A stretch of 64,000 nt of DNA from the human T2T-CHM13v2.0 reference genome, Homo sapiens. The notes below the pieces were generated by a model, which saw nothing but the letters and a program-made list of their open reading frames with translations, searched no databases and had not been told where the DNA came from. The stretch lies in assembly GCF_009914755.1 (NCBI RefSeq), contig NC_060930.1; one strand, written 5' to 3'. Numbering within the stretch: position 1 is the stretch's first letter; each line of letters begins with the position of its first letter. Shown piece by piece: positions 13,678 to 30,476 of the stretch. Both the position numbers and the translations under genes were made by a program.

Positions 13678-13855
13678 TTTTAAGTTGATCTTTCTTTCTC
13701 TACAATTCTATTAGTAAGGCTAAAAACAAAACCACTAACTTTGCATAAAACAGCATTCCAATTTAATCTCAAGCTAACAGTTGACTTTGAAACATGCTCT
13801 TAATATTTGGTGCAGGACATTTCAAAGCTGAGCCCTCTTGCATTGCCTTTTTCAG

Positions 13856-14013
13856 ATGACCTCAAGCAGTTTGGCCTAACAACCAGTATTCCGTTCCGAG
13901 GTTGCATCAGATCCCTGAAGCTCACCAAAGGCACAGGCAAGCCACTGGAGGTTAATTTTGCCAAGGCCCTGGAACTGAGGGGCGTTCAACCTGTATCATG
14001 CCCAGCCAACTAA
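13856..14013 (+). CDS. LAMA2: Laminin alpha-2 terminal exon 65, coding part to the TAA stop
   Basis: tttttcag|AT GAC; DDLKQFGLTTSIPFRGCIRSLKLTKGTGKPLEVNFAKALELRGVQPVSCPAN*, the known laminin alpha-2 C-terminus. Confidence 0.97.
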
Positions 14014-14232
14014 TAAAAATAAGTGTAACCCCAGGAAGAGTCTGTCAAAACAAGTATATCAAGTAAAACAAACAAATATATTTTACCTATATATGTTAAT
14101 TAAACTAATTTGTGCATGTACATAGAATTCTTTCTGTATTCAGATGGTGCTAATTCAGACTCCAGACTGAATTTTAATTCAAGTTCTTTCTCAAGTCTAT
14201 AAATATTAAACTGATTATTTCATTCTAAATAA
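14014..14232 (+). other. LAMA2: LAMA2 3'UTR (3' end approximate)
   Basis: AU-rich sequence after the stop, ending about 20 nt after ATTAAA at 14205 and just before a GU-rich tract. Confidence 0.75.
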
Positions 14233-14252
14233 TTGCCTGTTTTGTGTGATTT
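14205..14252 (+). terminator. Polyadenylation signal ATTAAA plus GU-rich downstream element
   Basis: ATTAAA at 14205-14210 and tgttttgtgtgattt at ~14238-14252, the canonical PAS/DSE spacing. Confidence 0.75.
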
Positions 14253-15385
14253 TAAGGATAAAAGGTAACTGGCCATAAATTGTTGAGTTTGCAACATGCC
14301 CTCCAGTCATCTCAAGGAAAGAGTTCAGATGTAATTTATGGAGGCAATTTTTTTTAACTTATTCCTATCAATACTTCTTCTTTCTTTTATCATCCTTTAC
14401 CATGTATGACAGCTTTGGCCTTCTGTCCAAGCCACTGACAGCAAGTGAATTTGGCATGTGTGATTGGGAGGAAATCAGTTCCCTTACTCTATTTATGAAA
14501 GAATTATTAGCAAATCATTGTCCTGACCCAAGTTCATTATTAGAGAGTTTAACTAGCCGTATGAGTGAATAGCTTTTTATGCTGAAGGTAGAGGGTATAG
14601 ACCAGATTCAGGCCAGAAAGCTTAATTACTTGATTTTCTTATTTGATAATGATTTATGGGCTTTGGGGAGATGCCAAAACCAAGCTTATGAATGACAACC
14701 AAGCACACATTTGATAGTACAGTACTAAGAAAGATTTGGGGCTCTCTAAGCCTACAGTGAATATCACAATTTACACCTAGGTGGAGAGGAATAATGCTGA
14801 AATGCATTTGTACTTATCAGGAAACAATAAACCAGAAACTTAAAAGGCATACTTCATTGAGTCTTTTGGAGCTGTAATTTGACCTAACAAATTCATTTTC
14901 TATAAACGTTCTGTGTTTTGTTCTCCTTTAACCCATGATTTCAGTCATCTTCAAAGAGCTCTGTGAGAAGACTGGCCTTGATTTTATTCACCAGCTTAAA
15001 AAGGAAACGTTTCATTTGCCATCTTTAGTAGACAATGGTTGCAGTCTAATAATTCAGAACATGTAAAAGAACAGGAAACTCCTTTCTCCTATGGAAATTT
15101 TAGCAACAAAGAATAATCCTCTCTGACAATGTTGTTATCCACTAGGGGAAGGAAGGTGCTGTTTCCAATTGAGGTGATGGCTGACATACTCACTATTTCA
15201 CCACCGTCCTGTTGCTTAATACAATTTGTACACACAACTTTATTCTACAGAAGCAATTCTCAAGCTTAGCTCAGTGTTTTTAAAAAACTGCCTATGCTTT
15301 AGAAAAGTGCCTAGGGAGTTTTTAAAAATCTAGTACCTGGTCCAGTGATTCTGATTTTGTCTAGGACATAGCCAGAGCATAATGA

Positions 15386-15680
15386 TTTTTTTTTTTTTTT
15401 GAGACAGGGTCTCATGTTGTCACCCAGGCAGGAGTGCAATGGCACCATCTTGGCTCACTGCAGCCTCAACCTCCCCAGTTCAAGTGATCCTCCTGCCTCA
15501 CTCCCCAAGTAGCTGGGACTACAGGTGGGCACCACCACACCCAGCTAATTTTTATATTTTTAGTAGAGATGGGTTTCACCATGTTGCCCAGGCTGGTCTC
15601 GAACTCCTGAGCTCAAGAAATCTGCCTGCCTCAGCCTCCCAAAGTGCTAGGATTACTGGCATGAACCACTGTGCCCAGTC
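15386..15680 (-). mobile_element. AluJ
   Basis: Poly-T plus gagacagggtctc...gaactcctgagctcaag, J-type diagnostics. Confidence 0.92.
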
Positions 15681-15737
15681 AAGCATGAGGATTCTTAAAA
15701 ACATTCCCAGGCAATTCTAATGTGTTGTCAAGGATGA

Positions 15738-17028
<1,291 letters not shown>

Positions 17029-17160
17029 AAGGATGAGAAGCACTATTCTAAAAAGAAACATTATCCTCCATGCCAACAAAGAGTTTTATAGTCATTTGAG
17101 AATTCTACTATTAGCTTTGTCTTGGCAATTTCCACACCCATTAAAAATAATAATATTATA

Positions 17161-17452
17161 GGCCAGGTGCAGTAGTTCACACCTGTAATCCCAGCACTTT
17201 GGTCGCTCAGGCAGGAGGATCAGTGGAACCCAGGAGTTTGAGACCAGCCTGGGCAACATAGGGAGACCCTGTCTCTACCAAAAATTTAAAAATTAGCCAG
17301 GCATAGTGGCATGCACCTATAGTCCTAGCTACTCCAGGAGGTTGATGCAGGAAGATTGCTTGAGCCTGGGAGGTCAAAGCTCCAGTGAGCTGATGATTAT
17401 ACCACTGCACTCCAGCCTGGGCAACAGAGCAAGACCCTGTCTCAAATGAAAG
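17161..17452 (+). mobile_element. AluJ
   Basis: Full dimer with J-type diagnostics (gagcctgggaggtcaaag, gaccctgtctc). Confidence 0.92.
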
Positions 17453-17846
17453 AAATATCTTTTTATATCAAATATTGAATCTAGTGAATTTAATATATAA
17501 AACATTGAATCTAGTGAATATCTTTTAACCAAACTTTAAGAAATAAAACTTTTTGAAAACCAATGTGTTTTAAAAGTGGAAACATACATCTGCACTAAAC
17601 GCTGACATGACTTTTTGGGCTTAATCTGGACACTGAGTGGGATAAACAGGAATAAAGATGTTGGGTTCCTTAGATTAAAAGCTAAAGCCTTTCTTTCTTG
17701 AGTCCTGCACAGAAAGATATGTAACAAAACGGAAAGCAAAGGCAGTTAAATTGGCACTCCTATCAGAATAAAGTCCTGCCTCAGTCAATTTGTAGGTAGA
17801 TGCCTTAGAATGATAGAATGATAGAACTGGAAGTGAATTGAGATCA

Positions 17847-18358
<512 letters not shown>

Positions 18359-18595
18359 GGCTCCTGTCACCTCCACATTTTATGGGGAGGAACTAGAAGG
18401 AACTCAAGGATATTTTGATAACTGTGCTCAAAGTCCCACCTTAGTAAAGTTTCCCAATGTAGTCCAGACAGTTGCATCTGGATCCAAGCAGAATTCACTG
18501 AATTAGGTTTGGACAAAACTTGTCCCATGCAAAATTCATACTCCAGAGTGACCCATGAATTTGGATAACCAAAAATTGTCCACATTTTAAGGTCA

Positions 18596-18965
<370 letters not shown>

Positions 18966-19852
18966 TTAATTTCTGACCTCAAAAATCAAATTAGTTCTTA
19001 TCCCAAAACAAGATAAAATATTTCCTCTACCCAACCTTGTCCCCTCAATGATTTCCTCACCTCCTGCCACCCACAGCAATTATGAAGAAAGCAGAAGACT
19101 TTTCACTTATTTTCCAAACACCCACTCCTACCAGGTTGTCAGCCTTCTTCTTTAAAAAGGTGCTTTGCACTTTAGAAGAAAAACATTTGTGAGGGGACTT
19201 TTATTGAAGTTACCATGGTGAACACCACTGACTAAAGAACAGAGCAGATTTCAGCCCCAAAGCACCAGAACACTGGCAGACACTTAAGGCTTCAATTAGC
19301 GCTTTAAAAAAAGTCATCACTATTTTCTCCCACTTTGATTTAACCTATTGTCCCCAACTACAGAACTCTTCTAGGTTTCCTACTTAATGACAGAGGAAAA
19401 GAGGACTTTGACAAATTGAAAATCTCTTGATGTTATATGAATTATTTGCTGAATTATTTTGTGTATAATATAATCTATGATTAACATGAAAACAAAACAC
19501 AATATCGTAATCCATTTTTGCAAACCCTGAGTAGTCTTTTTTACTACCACTTGCAAAGGGTATGACTTAACTGCTAATGCCAGTTTTTAATCTCATTTTT
19601 AAAGTCTTTTAATCTCAGTTAAATTAAGAGAGATATAAAAACATATGCACTTTTTTCCTTTGCTCAACTGAGATTAATACATACCTCACACCCAAAGTGA
19701 ACCTGGAGGGAAGCAATGCCCCAGGCTGGACCCTAAGTTCCAACATGATTTAGGAATCTTGTCATGCAGGGTGGTGGCTCAGACTCATTCTTTTGGCCTT
19801 TGTGCCAGTTACCTAACTGAGCATGATGTTTGTGCCATTATTGATATGAGGG

Positions 19853-20241
19853 TGTTATGGGCTGAACTGTGTCCCCACAAAACTCATGTGTCAGAGTTCG
19901 AAACCCCAGTACTTCAAAAAGTGACTCTATTTGGAGACAGGACCTTTAAAGAGGTAATTAAGGTGAAATGAGGTCACATGGATGGGCTCTGATTCAATAT
20001 GACTGATGTAAGAATTTGAGAAGAGATTAGGACACAGATAGGCATAGAGAGAAAACCACGTGAAGGTGAAGAGAGATGACGGCCATCCACAAGCCAAAGA
20101 GAGAAGCCTCCAGAAGAAACTGACCTTTCCAACACCTTGATCTCATACTTCTAGCCTCCGGAATTGTGAAAAAATAAATCTCCATTGTTTATGCCACCCA
20201 GTCTGTGTTGCTTCATAACGATGGCTCCAGAAAACTAATAT
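19853..20241 (+). mobile_element. MLT1B-like MaLR solo LTR
   Basis: tgttatgggctgaactgtgtcccc ... aataaat ... gccacccagtctgtg ... aaactaata. Confidence 0.8.
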
Positions 20242-20734
20242 GGAGTGTTTCTTCACTAAAAAAATACAAATAATAATATTTTAAAATTTTAAAGTATCAG
20301 CACATTTCAGATTCTCTAAAGAGTGACATATAGATCATAGAAATCCATTATTTTGAACAGTGACCATTATCACTTATATAATGATTAGAAAAATTTTGAG
20401 AATAAAAAAATAAAGGCACATTCATAACATGCTTAAGAAAGTTGTTTTATATATTCTTGGGGATATTAGAAATAGCTACATTCAGTTACAAATCAGAGAA
20501 TTAATACCATCACTTTTTGAATGTTTTGGTAGAATGGGCTCTCTTGAGAGCTAGTTTTGTATCTTCAGGTTTGAAGAACGGCTCATTCACCCTTGGACAA
20601 ATTAAGGCCCTGTTTTATTTAGAAAAGTTATCTCCCTGAAGCACTACACTTCTGCAGGAATGCACCTAGAGATAGAAAAGGTGGTAGCAGTAGAAGAAGT
20701 GAGAAATGGTTAGACACTGATTTATTTTGAAGGT

Positions 20735-21160
20735 TGAGTTAGGCTATTTTTGCATCACTATAAGTAAATATATGAGGCTGGGTAATTTATAAAGGAAAGA
20801 GGTTTAATTGGCTCACAGTTCTGCAGGCTGTACAAGAAGCATGGTGCCAACATCTGCTCGGCTTCTGCTGAGGGCTTCGGGAAGCTTACAATCACGATGT
20901 AAGGCGACAGGAAGCCAACCCATCACATGGCGAGAATGGGGAGCAAGAGAGAGAGAAGACGGAGGTCTCAGACTCTTAAACAACCAGATCTCCATGAACT
21001 AACTGAGCAAGAGCTCACGTATCACCAACGGGGTGGTACTAAAGCATGCGTGATGGATCTGCCCCCATGATCCAATCACCTCCCATGAGGCCCCACCTTC
21101 AACATTGCAAATCACATTTCAACATGAGATTTGAAGGGGACAAACGTCCAAAGCATATCA
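20735..21160 (-). mobile_element. MSTB-like MaLR solo LTR inserted in an L2
   Basis: TG...CA ends with 5-bp TSD AAGGT; gggtaatttataaaggaaagaggtttaattggctcacagttctgcagg; L2-like sequence on both flanks. Confidence 0.85.
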
Positions 21161-21784
21161 AAGGTGGACTAGTGCTTCCTGTAGGATCGCCTATGGAGTG
21201 CGACAAAATAAGGTACTGATAACTTGTGATCATCTGGAAGGATAGAGTAGGTATTACTGGGGGATGTGAGTGGAGTAGGCTTTTTATGGAAAACATAACA
21301 CAGAATTTAGTTTTAGACATGTTTAATTTAAACTCCCCAGTAGGTATCTAAGTGCATCATGCCACAGGCAGTTGAACATAAGGGTCTTCAAGAAAAAGAT
21401 CCAAACTACAGATATAAACATGGGAATTATGAGAATATTGATGTTATTTATAACCACAAGACTGAGCGAGATCACTAAGGGAGTGAGTGTAGAGGGAGGA
21501 CTATGGATACACTACCACATTAAGAGTATTAAGAGTATGGGTATAAGAAACATTATTCAGAACTTAGAAATAGGCAAAATAAATGTCTGGATATTCTTTC
21601 AGTGCAGTACTTACCAGGCTTCTCTTTCTATCAACTGGTCTGTTTTACAACTCCATACGGGCAAAGGTTAACTTGTAGGTTTTTGTCTAGCAGGGATGCA
21701 AACAAGTTCTTTCTGGCGGAGAGATAACCCCAAAGGTAACAGTTTTGTATCGAGAAATCTTATCCTAATATTCTTTTATGAAAT

Positions 21785-21830
21785 GTGTGAGAGTGTGTGT
21801 GTGTGCATGTGTGTGTATGTGTGTGTGTGT
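21785..21830 (+). repeat. Imperfect (GT)n microsatellite
   Basis: gtgtgagagtgtgtgtgtgtgcatgtgtgtgtatgtgtgtgtgtgt. Confidence 0.85.
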
Positions 21831-22201
21831 AGCTTCTCAAATTCTTATACAAGTTTTAACATTTTATGGGTTCCCTCATGGATTAAGTTAAATAAAATCT
21901 TTGACATGAGTTCACACTATCTTTGCCTGAGAGTCATAAATTTTTTAACTTTGAAAACTGGGAAAAAGGGAAAAGGAGTAACCAGCTGAATTTGCCCAGG
22001 TTAATTCAAAACTAAAAACCAGTTCACACAATGTTTTTATTTATGATTGAATTTTCTAAACATGCCAACCTTATGTTTCCACTGCTACATTTCTTATGAA
22101 GTAATGCTAAGGAGGGAAAAAGCTTAAGCTTAAGAGAAGAATTTTGGCTTTTTATTTCACTTTTATGGGCAATTACCCTCTCCTGTTAGCCTCAGCTTCT
22201 A

Positions 22202-22202
<1 letters not shown>

Positions 22203-22240
<38 letters not shown>
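22203..22240 (+). repeat. (AC)19 perfect microsatellite
   Basis: Uninterrupted 38-bp AC run. Confidence 0.95.
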
Positions 22241-22242
<2 letters not shown>

Positions 22243-23503
22243 CCAGTCATCTGTTTAGTAATGTTGGAGCCAAGAACAGATTACCTGTAGCCAAATACAC
22301 CACTGATTTTTATATTTCTTTACAGAAGTGTAGACTGACTTTGACACTCAAACTCTTGAATAATAATAAAGGATTGAAAAAACAGAATTTTTAAATCATT
22401 TTGTTACTTTTGAATTACATAGGACAAAACAAGAGTTTTAAGTAAAAAAAATTATGTCAGCATATTATTTAAGATCATTTTATGTAATTAATTTATATAA
22501 TACCTAAAGTCTATTATCTTACAGGTAACTTAAATAAAATTATTGACTTCAACATCATAAAAGAAATATCTGAACAGACTTTCACCGAATTTGGAGAACG
22601 TGTTTTGGATTAGCTGAATTAAAATGCAAACTATACAACACTATGGGATTCATTGGGGCACCCTAATGGGCACCTCAGGGAGATGGGCAATCATCCCTGA
22701 AACTGAAGTATCCACATTAGAAACTGTTAACTGCTTATGGAGGAAAATACACCACACATATTAACACATGGTGAACAGAAAAGAAACACAATATCAAGTA
22801 CGAGTTTCAAATCAAAATTCACCAAGCAGATGCTACAAATTTTAGGTGCTGATGAGTCATTGTGCTATATTTTGCACTGGCAACTCTGTAGAATATGTTC
22901 CAGGGTTAGAACTACCAAGGACTCATTTAAATAAACAAATGATGGTTCATACATCTTTCAAGAGGTGTAGAATAGGCCAGTTAACTTCTTTGTACATAAA
23001 CAGATGGAGATGGAGGACAGAAGGGTAGAAGGATGGGAGGAAGAGGCAGAAAGAAAGAGATATTTAGGCTTTTCCCATTTTAAAGGTGATAGTCCCTTTC
23101 ATTTAAATATGTAAATAAAAGAAAATGTATTTATAAATTACTTTTGTTTGGTCTTATACCAAATGAATATTAATATTTTCATTGACATTTTAACAATGTG
23201 TTGTGGAATCAAAAATGGACCAAAACTAACTTCATGATCTGATGTTTGTAATTCTTATATTTTTATTCCTTAAAATATCAATTGGATTATTTAGATACTC
23301 TTCATTTTTTGATTCTTAATGATAATTAAAATAAATGTTTACACTACTATGTATAGACACTTCTCAAAAATAACACATTGTTGCTATGAAGTGTTTAGTC
23401 CCAGTAAATAAAATATAAACTGAATACAATTTAAAATTTTATTTTCTTTTATAAGTTGGTTTTTAATGTATTAGTGGTAATCATGATGCCTCATATAATG
23501 AGA

Positions 23504-23561
23504 TGAATGTAAATTATGGATCTGGTGAGGGAGCTGAATGTAAATTATGGATCTGGTGAGG
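23504..23561 (+). repeat. Direct repeat, 2 x 27 bp (period 31)
   Basis: tgaatgtaaattatggatctggtgagg at 23504 and 23535. Confidence 0.95.
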
Positions 23562-24950
23562 CAGATGTGCAGAAATTACTTCATAACAGTCAAAACAATC
23601 AAGGTGTTCATCATCACTGTGTTGGGTAGTTAACAAAATGAGTAACTGAATCATATAATTTATCTGGTTTTCATTAATTGGCATGCATACTCACTTGATG
23701 TGCTTCCAGTGGGCTCTAAACAGTGCAGCTATTAAGTGGAAACTCTTAATAATTTTATTTTGTATAATGCTCTTTTAGATGGAAATAGACATATTTGCCA
23801 TTTTTGCCTTACAAAGACAAGAATTCTCTTGAACACAATCATAAACCCTGGATGTACAATATCACTAGTGAGAAAGTACAGTTTAGCAATAATTTTCAAA
23901 TGGTATGTTGAGACATGTCAGTGGGTCATAAGATCAAATTACAGATTTGTAAAAGAGCAACTTTTATAACATAGTAGGATGGAAGAAAATGAATAGAATA
24001 GAACACAATAACAACACCAAAGTGCACTGTACAGAGGAAGTATTGTTTCGTGAAACTTGTTTTCTATATGAATATGTTTCTGTGAGTATACACACTGGGT
24101 CATAATGTAAAATGTATTTCTTTCTATGGTTATAATTTTTTAAAGTTGAAGTAGAGGATATCACAAAATATGGGAAAATAAAATGGGGGAAAAAGAAAGG
24201 GATCAATAAGGAAATTATTTCTTCGGGGAGATTAGAATAACAAATTTGTAAAACGTATAGACTAACCCAATAAAATCGGCTTAGTAATGTAATATAGACC
24301 ATAAAGCTGTACTCTCAAACCTCACTAGGATGTTCCATTAAAAAGTGTAGCTTAATGAAGACCCCCCAATTGTGATGACTCTGACTCTAGCAGATAGCAA
24401 GGGCTTCAGTTGAATCCAAAAACTCATCTCTGAAAAGAACAGAAAAAATGTGGTAACAATAAAGAAGAGTCATGGGAGAACAAAGTTATTGAAGGAATAA
24501 TGGAACAGGAATATAATGGAAACTAAAGACAACCAGATCCAGCACAGTAAAACTAGGAGTTCTTTTTTTGAATTAAAACATTGCCAAAATCTCATTTCCT
24601 TAGCAGACTCTGAAGAGTAGAGCCCCCATAAAAGAATTTTTTAAAGGCAAATAAAATACAAAGAAAGATTTGTTCAGATCGACCTTTGGGTTAAGAATAA
24701 GACATTTCTTAAGATCCAATTGTAAAAATCACATTCAGACATAAACTCACAAAAATGTATGCAGCAATTGTAGTAGCTCATGCATAATTATAATACTGGA
24801 TAAAATAATATACTATTTTGTATGGGTTCTTAAAAAAATCTTTTTAAGGTGAAAGAAAGGTACATTTCTTGAATGTTTTGCACTGTAGAAGACAACTGCC
24901 TCAAATCTATTCTCTTTACTTCTGGAAAGAGTTCCTTATATTTTCTTCTC

Positions 24951-25248
24951 TTTTTTTTTTTTTTTTTTTTTTTTTGAGATGTAGTTTCTCTCTTGTTGCC
25001 CAGGCTGGAGTGAAATGGCACAATCTCGGCTCACCGCAACCTCCACCTCCTGGGTTCAAGTGATTCTCCTGTCTCAGCCTCCCTAGCAGCTGGGATTACA
25101 GGCATGTGCCACCATGCCTGACTAATTTTTGTACTTTTAGTAGAGACGGGGTTTCTCCATGTTGGTCAGGCTGGTCTCGAACTCCCGACCTCAGGTGATC
25201 TGCCTGCCTCAGCCTCCCAAAATGCTGGGATTACAGGCATGAGCCACC
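24951..25248 (-). mobile_element. AluSp-like
   Basis: T25 tail; ctcaccgcaacc, tttctccatgttggtcagg, actcccgacctcaggtgat; slightly 5'-truncated. Confidence 0.92.
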
Positions 25249-25699
25249 CTTAGGGACCTATTCCTTTCACCATCCCTATGCCAGAACTGGATGCTAGTAA
25301 TCCAATAAGTGAATTCCATTCCGCCTCCTGCCTACAATGCTTGAGGTGATAAGGAATCTAATCAGAGCCAGTGAAGTTTTTGGTAAGGCTAGTTTGAAAT
25401 GATGCACCCCTCTCCTGAGCTAAAGCATAGTGTGCATAAGGATGTGACAGTTGGAACTGTTGTATCTGATTTGCTACTAAGTAGGGAGAGCCCAGATCTG
25501 CCAAAAGACCATGGGATGCATCCTGAGGATGAAGATGACATTGCAAAAGGCAGAATGGAGAAACTACATCTCCGGTAAAACCTCATCTGAAGCCTGTCAT
25601 AACTCCGCCCTTTTCACCTACGTGCACCAGGATAGTTATTGTGTTGTTAAAGCCAATATTGGAGTTTCCTCTCACTTGCAATATTCGGTTCTAACTGAT

Positions 25700-25870
25700 A
25701 GATCTGCGAGCCATGTGCCAGGCCCTGTACTGTGCCTAGCAGACACAATTTTCTAGTAAATGCCCTCAACAGTCCTTTGTGACAGCACTGTTATCAACCC
25801 CATTTTAGATATGAAAAAACAGAGGCTTAAAACAATTAAGTGACTTGTCCAAAGTCACCAAGCCAGGAGG
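25700..25870 (-). mobile_element. MIR
   Basis: tgtgccaggc...ccccattttagatatgaaaaaacagaggctt...aagtgacttgtccaaagtcac. Confidence 0.75.
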
Positions 25871-27799
25871 TCCTGAAAACATACATTTTAAATTTAAAAC
25901 ATTCTCATTAGGTTCAATACTTTCCAAAAGTAAAATCCTATATTACTTTTCTAACTTTTCAATTATTTTAAAAACTAGAACTTGCAGGATAAAGGTTAAG
26001 TAGTGATGGGGAGCCCAGTGCTGTTCTCATCGAGAAGAGAGGTAAAACCAACGTTCCTGACCTTTCTTTCCATGTACACGCAGTTAAATCCTAAAATATA
26101 CAGGCCCTCTTGAGACAAGAAGTGTATCTTGTCCACAGTTCTTTAGTTTGTAAGCAAAATCTTCAAGCCAGGCAAAGCAACCCAAGGGTGTTTATTACCA
26201 AAATATCGGGGTTTTTCATGGAACCCAAAGGAAAAACAGAGAAGCCTGAGATCCTAAGGACATGCAGTCAAGGCCTGAAACTATCAGGGCTCGTGGCAGC
26301 TATTCTACCTCCATCTTTGCTTCCTTCCCATTGTGTTTCTGCTTCAGTCTTCTCTCTCTCCAGATGGGATGCCTGGCTTTGGCTGCATGGAAATAGACAA
26401 TCTCTGATTACAACAGTTATTTTCAAGGGGTCTATGGAGAAGAACCAGCTGCTCTTTATTCAAATTTTAAATTCCCTAAGAAGGAAGCATGATTGGCTGG
26501 ACATGAATCAAGTGTTGACCTCTTGTGATCCGTGCACTACTGCAGGATCAGGTGGCACGAATAACCACTCTCAAGTGGCTGAGAGGTGAGGTGATCCTGG
26601 AGAGGAGGAGATCGGCTACACAGAAATCCAAAAAGCTGTTTGACTATAGGATTAGCATTAAAACAAACCAAGACAAAGTCGGAGCTAAATTCAGGATGCA
26701 CAGAAGTTCAGGGGAGAAGGAATTCTGTGGGGCTGTCAGGTAAGGGTTTGAGTCCCCAGGGAAACTTGAACTTGGTCATAAGAGATTTGGGAAGAAGAAG
26801 GGAAGGTAATCCAAATAGGGAAATCTGACACCTGAACAACAGAACGTGATCTGATGAATGAATGAAAGAATCATTTTTTAAATAAAATATGTAACAACAG
26901 AAGGAGACATTGAAAAAAACAATGAATTGACATGTTAAAAGTGGAGCTTTTTTGATATCCCTAAAGAGGTAGTAAGAATTATGTGGTGTCTCTTCGAATT
27001 CTTCCAAAAAGACAAGACGATAAATGAATTTCTTGACTAAGTGCTGGTTTTGAAGTGAAAGCTTTATCACCACAACTAAAAAATATTAGTCATTGATTAA
27101 ATAATAATGAGTTTTTTAAATCTTTCTTCTTTCTCCCCCCGGCTTCTAAACAACCCCATCTGCCTGATAGATCGATATAAATTTAAAGGCCTAGTGTTTA
27201 CTCAGAATGTTTGGTTTGTGTGTCTATTGCAGTACACGTAGTGCAAATATGAAAAAAATATCTAATTTTCTTAATAGAAAGTCTATAATTGATTCAATCT
27301 AATGTATTTCTGAAAGATTAATAAAGCTGCTTTTCCTCAAGACAATAAGACAAACATTAAACAAAAACTTCTCTCAGGAGTGAATGGTAACCCCAGTGAC
27401 CTCCTTCTCATGATCTGCAAGCACTTTATAAATAAACACATCCAAGTGGGATGTGATGGTTGGATCCACAGTCATTTCTCCTGAACTAAACTAGATTGCT
27501 TTCCCACTCGAGTGTAATAAAAATGTAAAATTCAAATAATGACCTTTATTTATGCTTTCTAGATCAAACATTATGATTCTCAGAAATGATTTTTCAATTA
27601 ATTCTAAAACAAGGTTATTAATATTAGTAGCTTGATAAATTATAAAATGCCTCTTTCTTTTCCTCTGTCTTCTCCCTTTTTCTTTGCCTCTCCATTATGT
27701 CACTCTCTTGTTTAAAAAAAAAATCTAATCTTGGTGAACGCCTGATTGAGATCAATAGACATGGCTATGAAAAATGAGAACAAGAAAAGTTATCACTCA

Positions 27800-28730
27800 T
27801 CTTTCATCTGGCACCTAAGCTTGAGAGCCTCTTATATGTAATGCACTGATTAGGTGCTGGAGACACAATGTTGAATAATTAAGACAGAATCCCTTGTCTC
27901 TTCTCTTCCTCTGGGATAGGCAGGTAAGTAGAGCAGTGAATAAAATAGAACTTTGTTGGGAGTGCTGTAAAGGAAACAAGGGACTAAAACAGAGAGAAAT
28001 GGGAAAACCAACTTTAGAATGTGTGCTCAGGAAAGCCTTGTCTCATTTTAGGTGATATCTGAATGGTATCTCATTTTAGACATCATTTGGGTGATACCTA
28101 AAATGAGAAGAAGCCAATTATCTGAAAAGTATGTTCATGTTTGTGGGCAAGGCAGGGTGTCATCCCTCAGAAGGCAGTTTGAGCAGAACTAGAACATGCA
28201 GACTCTGAGCTGGGACAGGATAGATGTCTTCTAGGAAGCAGAAGAAGATCAGTGTGGCCAGAGGTTAACAAGCCAGTGGAAGGATGGCATGAACTCAGCT
28301 GGACAGAGGTTCAGGGCCACATCATGCAGGGTTTTATGCGTTATGGGGATGAATTTGGGTATGGGTTTTAAGAGCAATGAGAAGCCACTGAAAAGATGTA
28401 ATCACAGGGCCTGATTCAGTTTCTGTTGCTGCTACCTGAATACAGGATTGGAAGGGCACGAGAGCAAAAGCAGAAAGACCCCTCAAGTAATTGTGGCAAA
28501 AAGGTGATAGTGGCCTGGACTACAGTGTGTTTGCAGAAATATAGAGAAGAGGATACATTAAAGAATATTTTGAAGACGGAGCTAGACCTAAGATGGATTG
28601 GGTGCAGGGGAGGTATCTGAGGAATAGGCAAGGAAGGAGATTTCAAGGACAACTTTTAGATTCGGGACTCGAATGATCATGTAGATGATGAAGATGTTAT
28701 TTATAAGACTAACGAAAACTAGGGAGGTGA
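27800..28730 (-). mobile_element. L2 fragment
   Basis: taggtgctggagacacaatg..., tcagggccacatcatgcaggg, gcaatgagaagccactgaa, atggattgg L2 motifs. Confidence 0.65.
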
Positions 28731-29214
28731 GAGGAGAGTAACAACTAGGATGCTTTGGGCTACAGAAAGTCCAGGCTTAATGTGCTTTAAATCTTATGAA
28801 AATATGTCATTTAACATAACTAAGAGGTACATAGCAGTGCAGGATCCAAGTGCTGGACTTTAGGGCTCTGAGTCCACTGTTCTGTGGTTCTCTTAACTCT
28901 GCCCTGTTCAGTAGGGGTCTATCCTCAGGCACAACAGCTGCGACACTTTCACGTATCAATACATTTTTAGACAGAAGTGGCCATCTTGACCACTGTCTCC
29001 TTCCTATAAGTGAAGAAAGATTTTCTAAAAGTTTTGCAGAAGTCTTTACTCAGTTCTTATTTGCAGAATATAACTATCCCCAACCAACTGTATGCAGGAA
29101 AAAAAGAGATCTTCATATTTTCTTGTATCAATAAGGATATTTTTCCCAAACTGAAGATAGAATTCTCTTCCCAAAATATGTTAGGAAATTGCAAATAATA
29201 AAATAAAATCAGGA

Positions 29215-30225
<1,011 letters not shown>

Positions 30226-30476
30226 AAAATCAGGACTCTGCCAACAAGAAATACAAGATAAACAGAGTTGCATAGGTGGCTAATGATGTCTACAATGGGT
30301 GAGGGAAAGAACTAGTTTCTTTTTAAACATCTTGAATTTGAAGTGTGAAGTATCATGTCGAATGTGTCAGGTAGGCAGTCAAATGTGTGAATCTGACACT
30401 CAAATGATAGGCCTGGGCAAGAGATATAAATTTTGAAGGCGAGGGGTCAAAAATTCATGGGAATTAGTAGGACCTC

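Noticed and set aside
13807-13855. Apparent in-frame 5' extension of exon 65 via an upstream CAG at 13813-13815
   Set aside because: That acceptor adds 40 nt, shifts the frame to an early TGA and has a poor pyrimidine tract; the open frame in the ORF track is coincidental.
26110-26589. Longest ORF in the track (159 aa)
   Set aside because: Non-ATG start, lies in degenerate LTR-like sequence, and has no recognisable motif.
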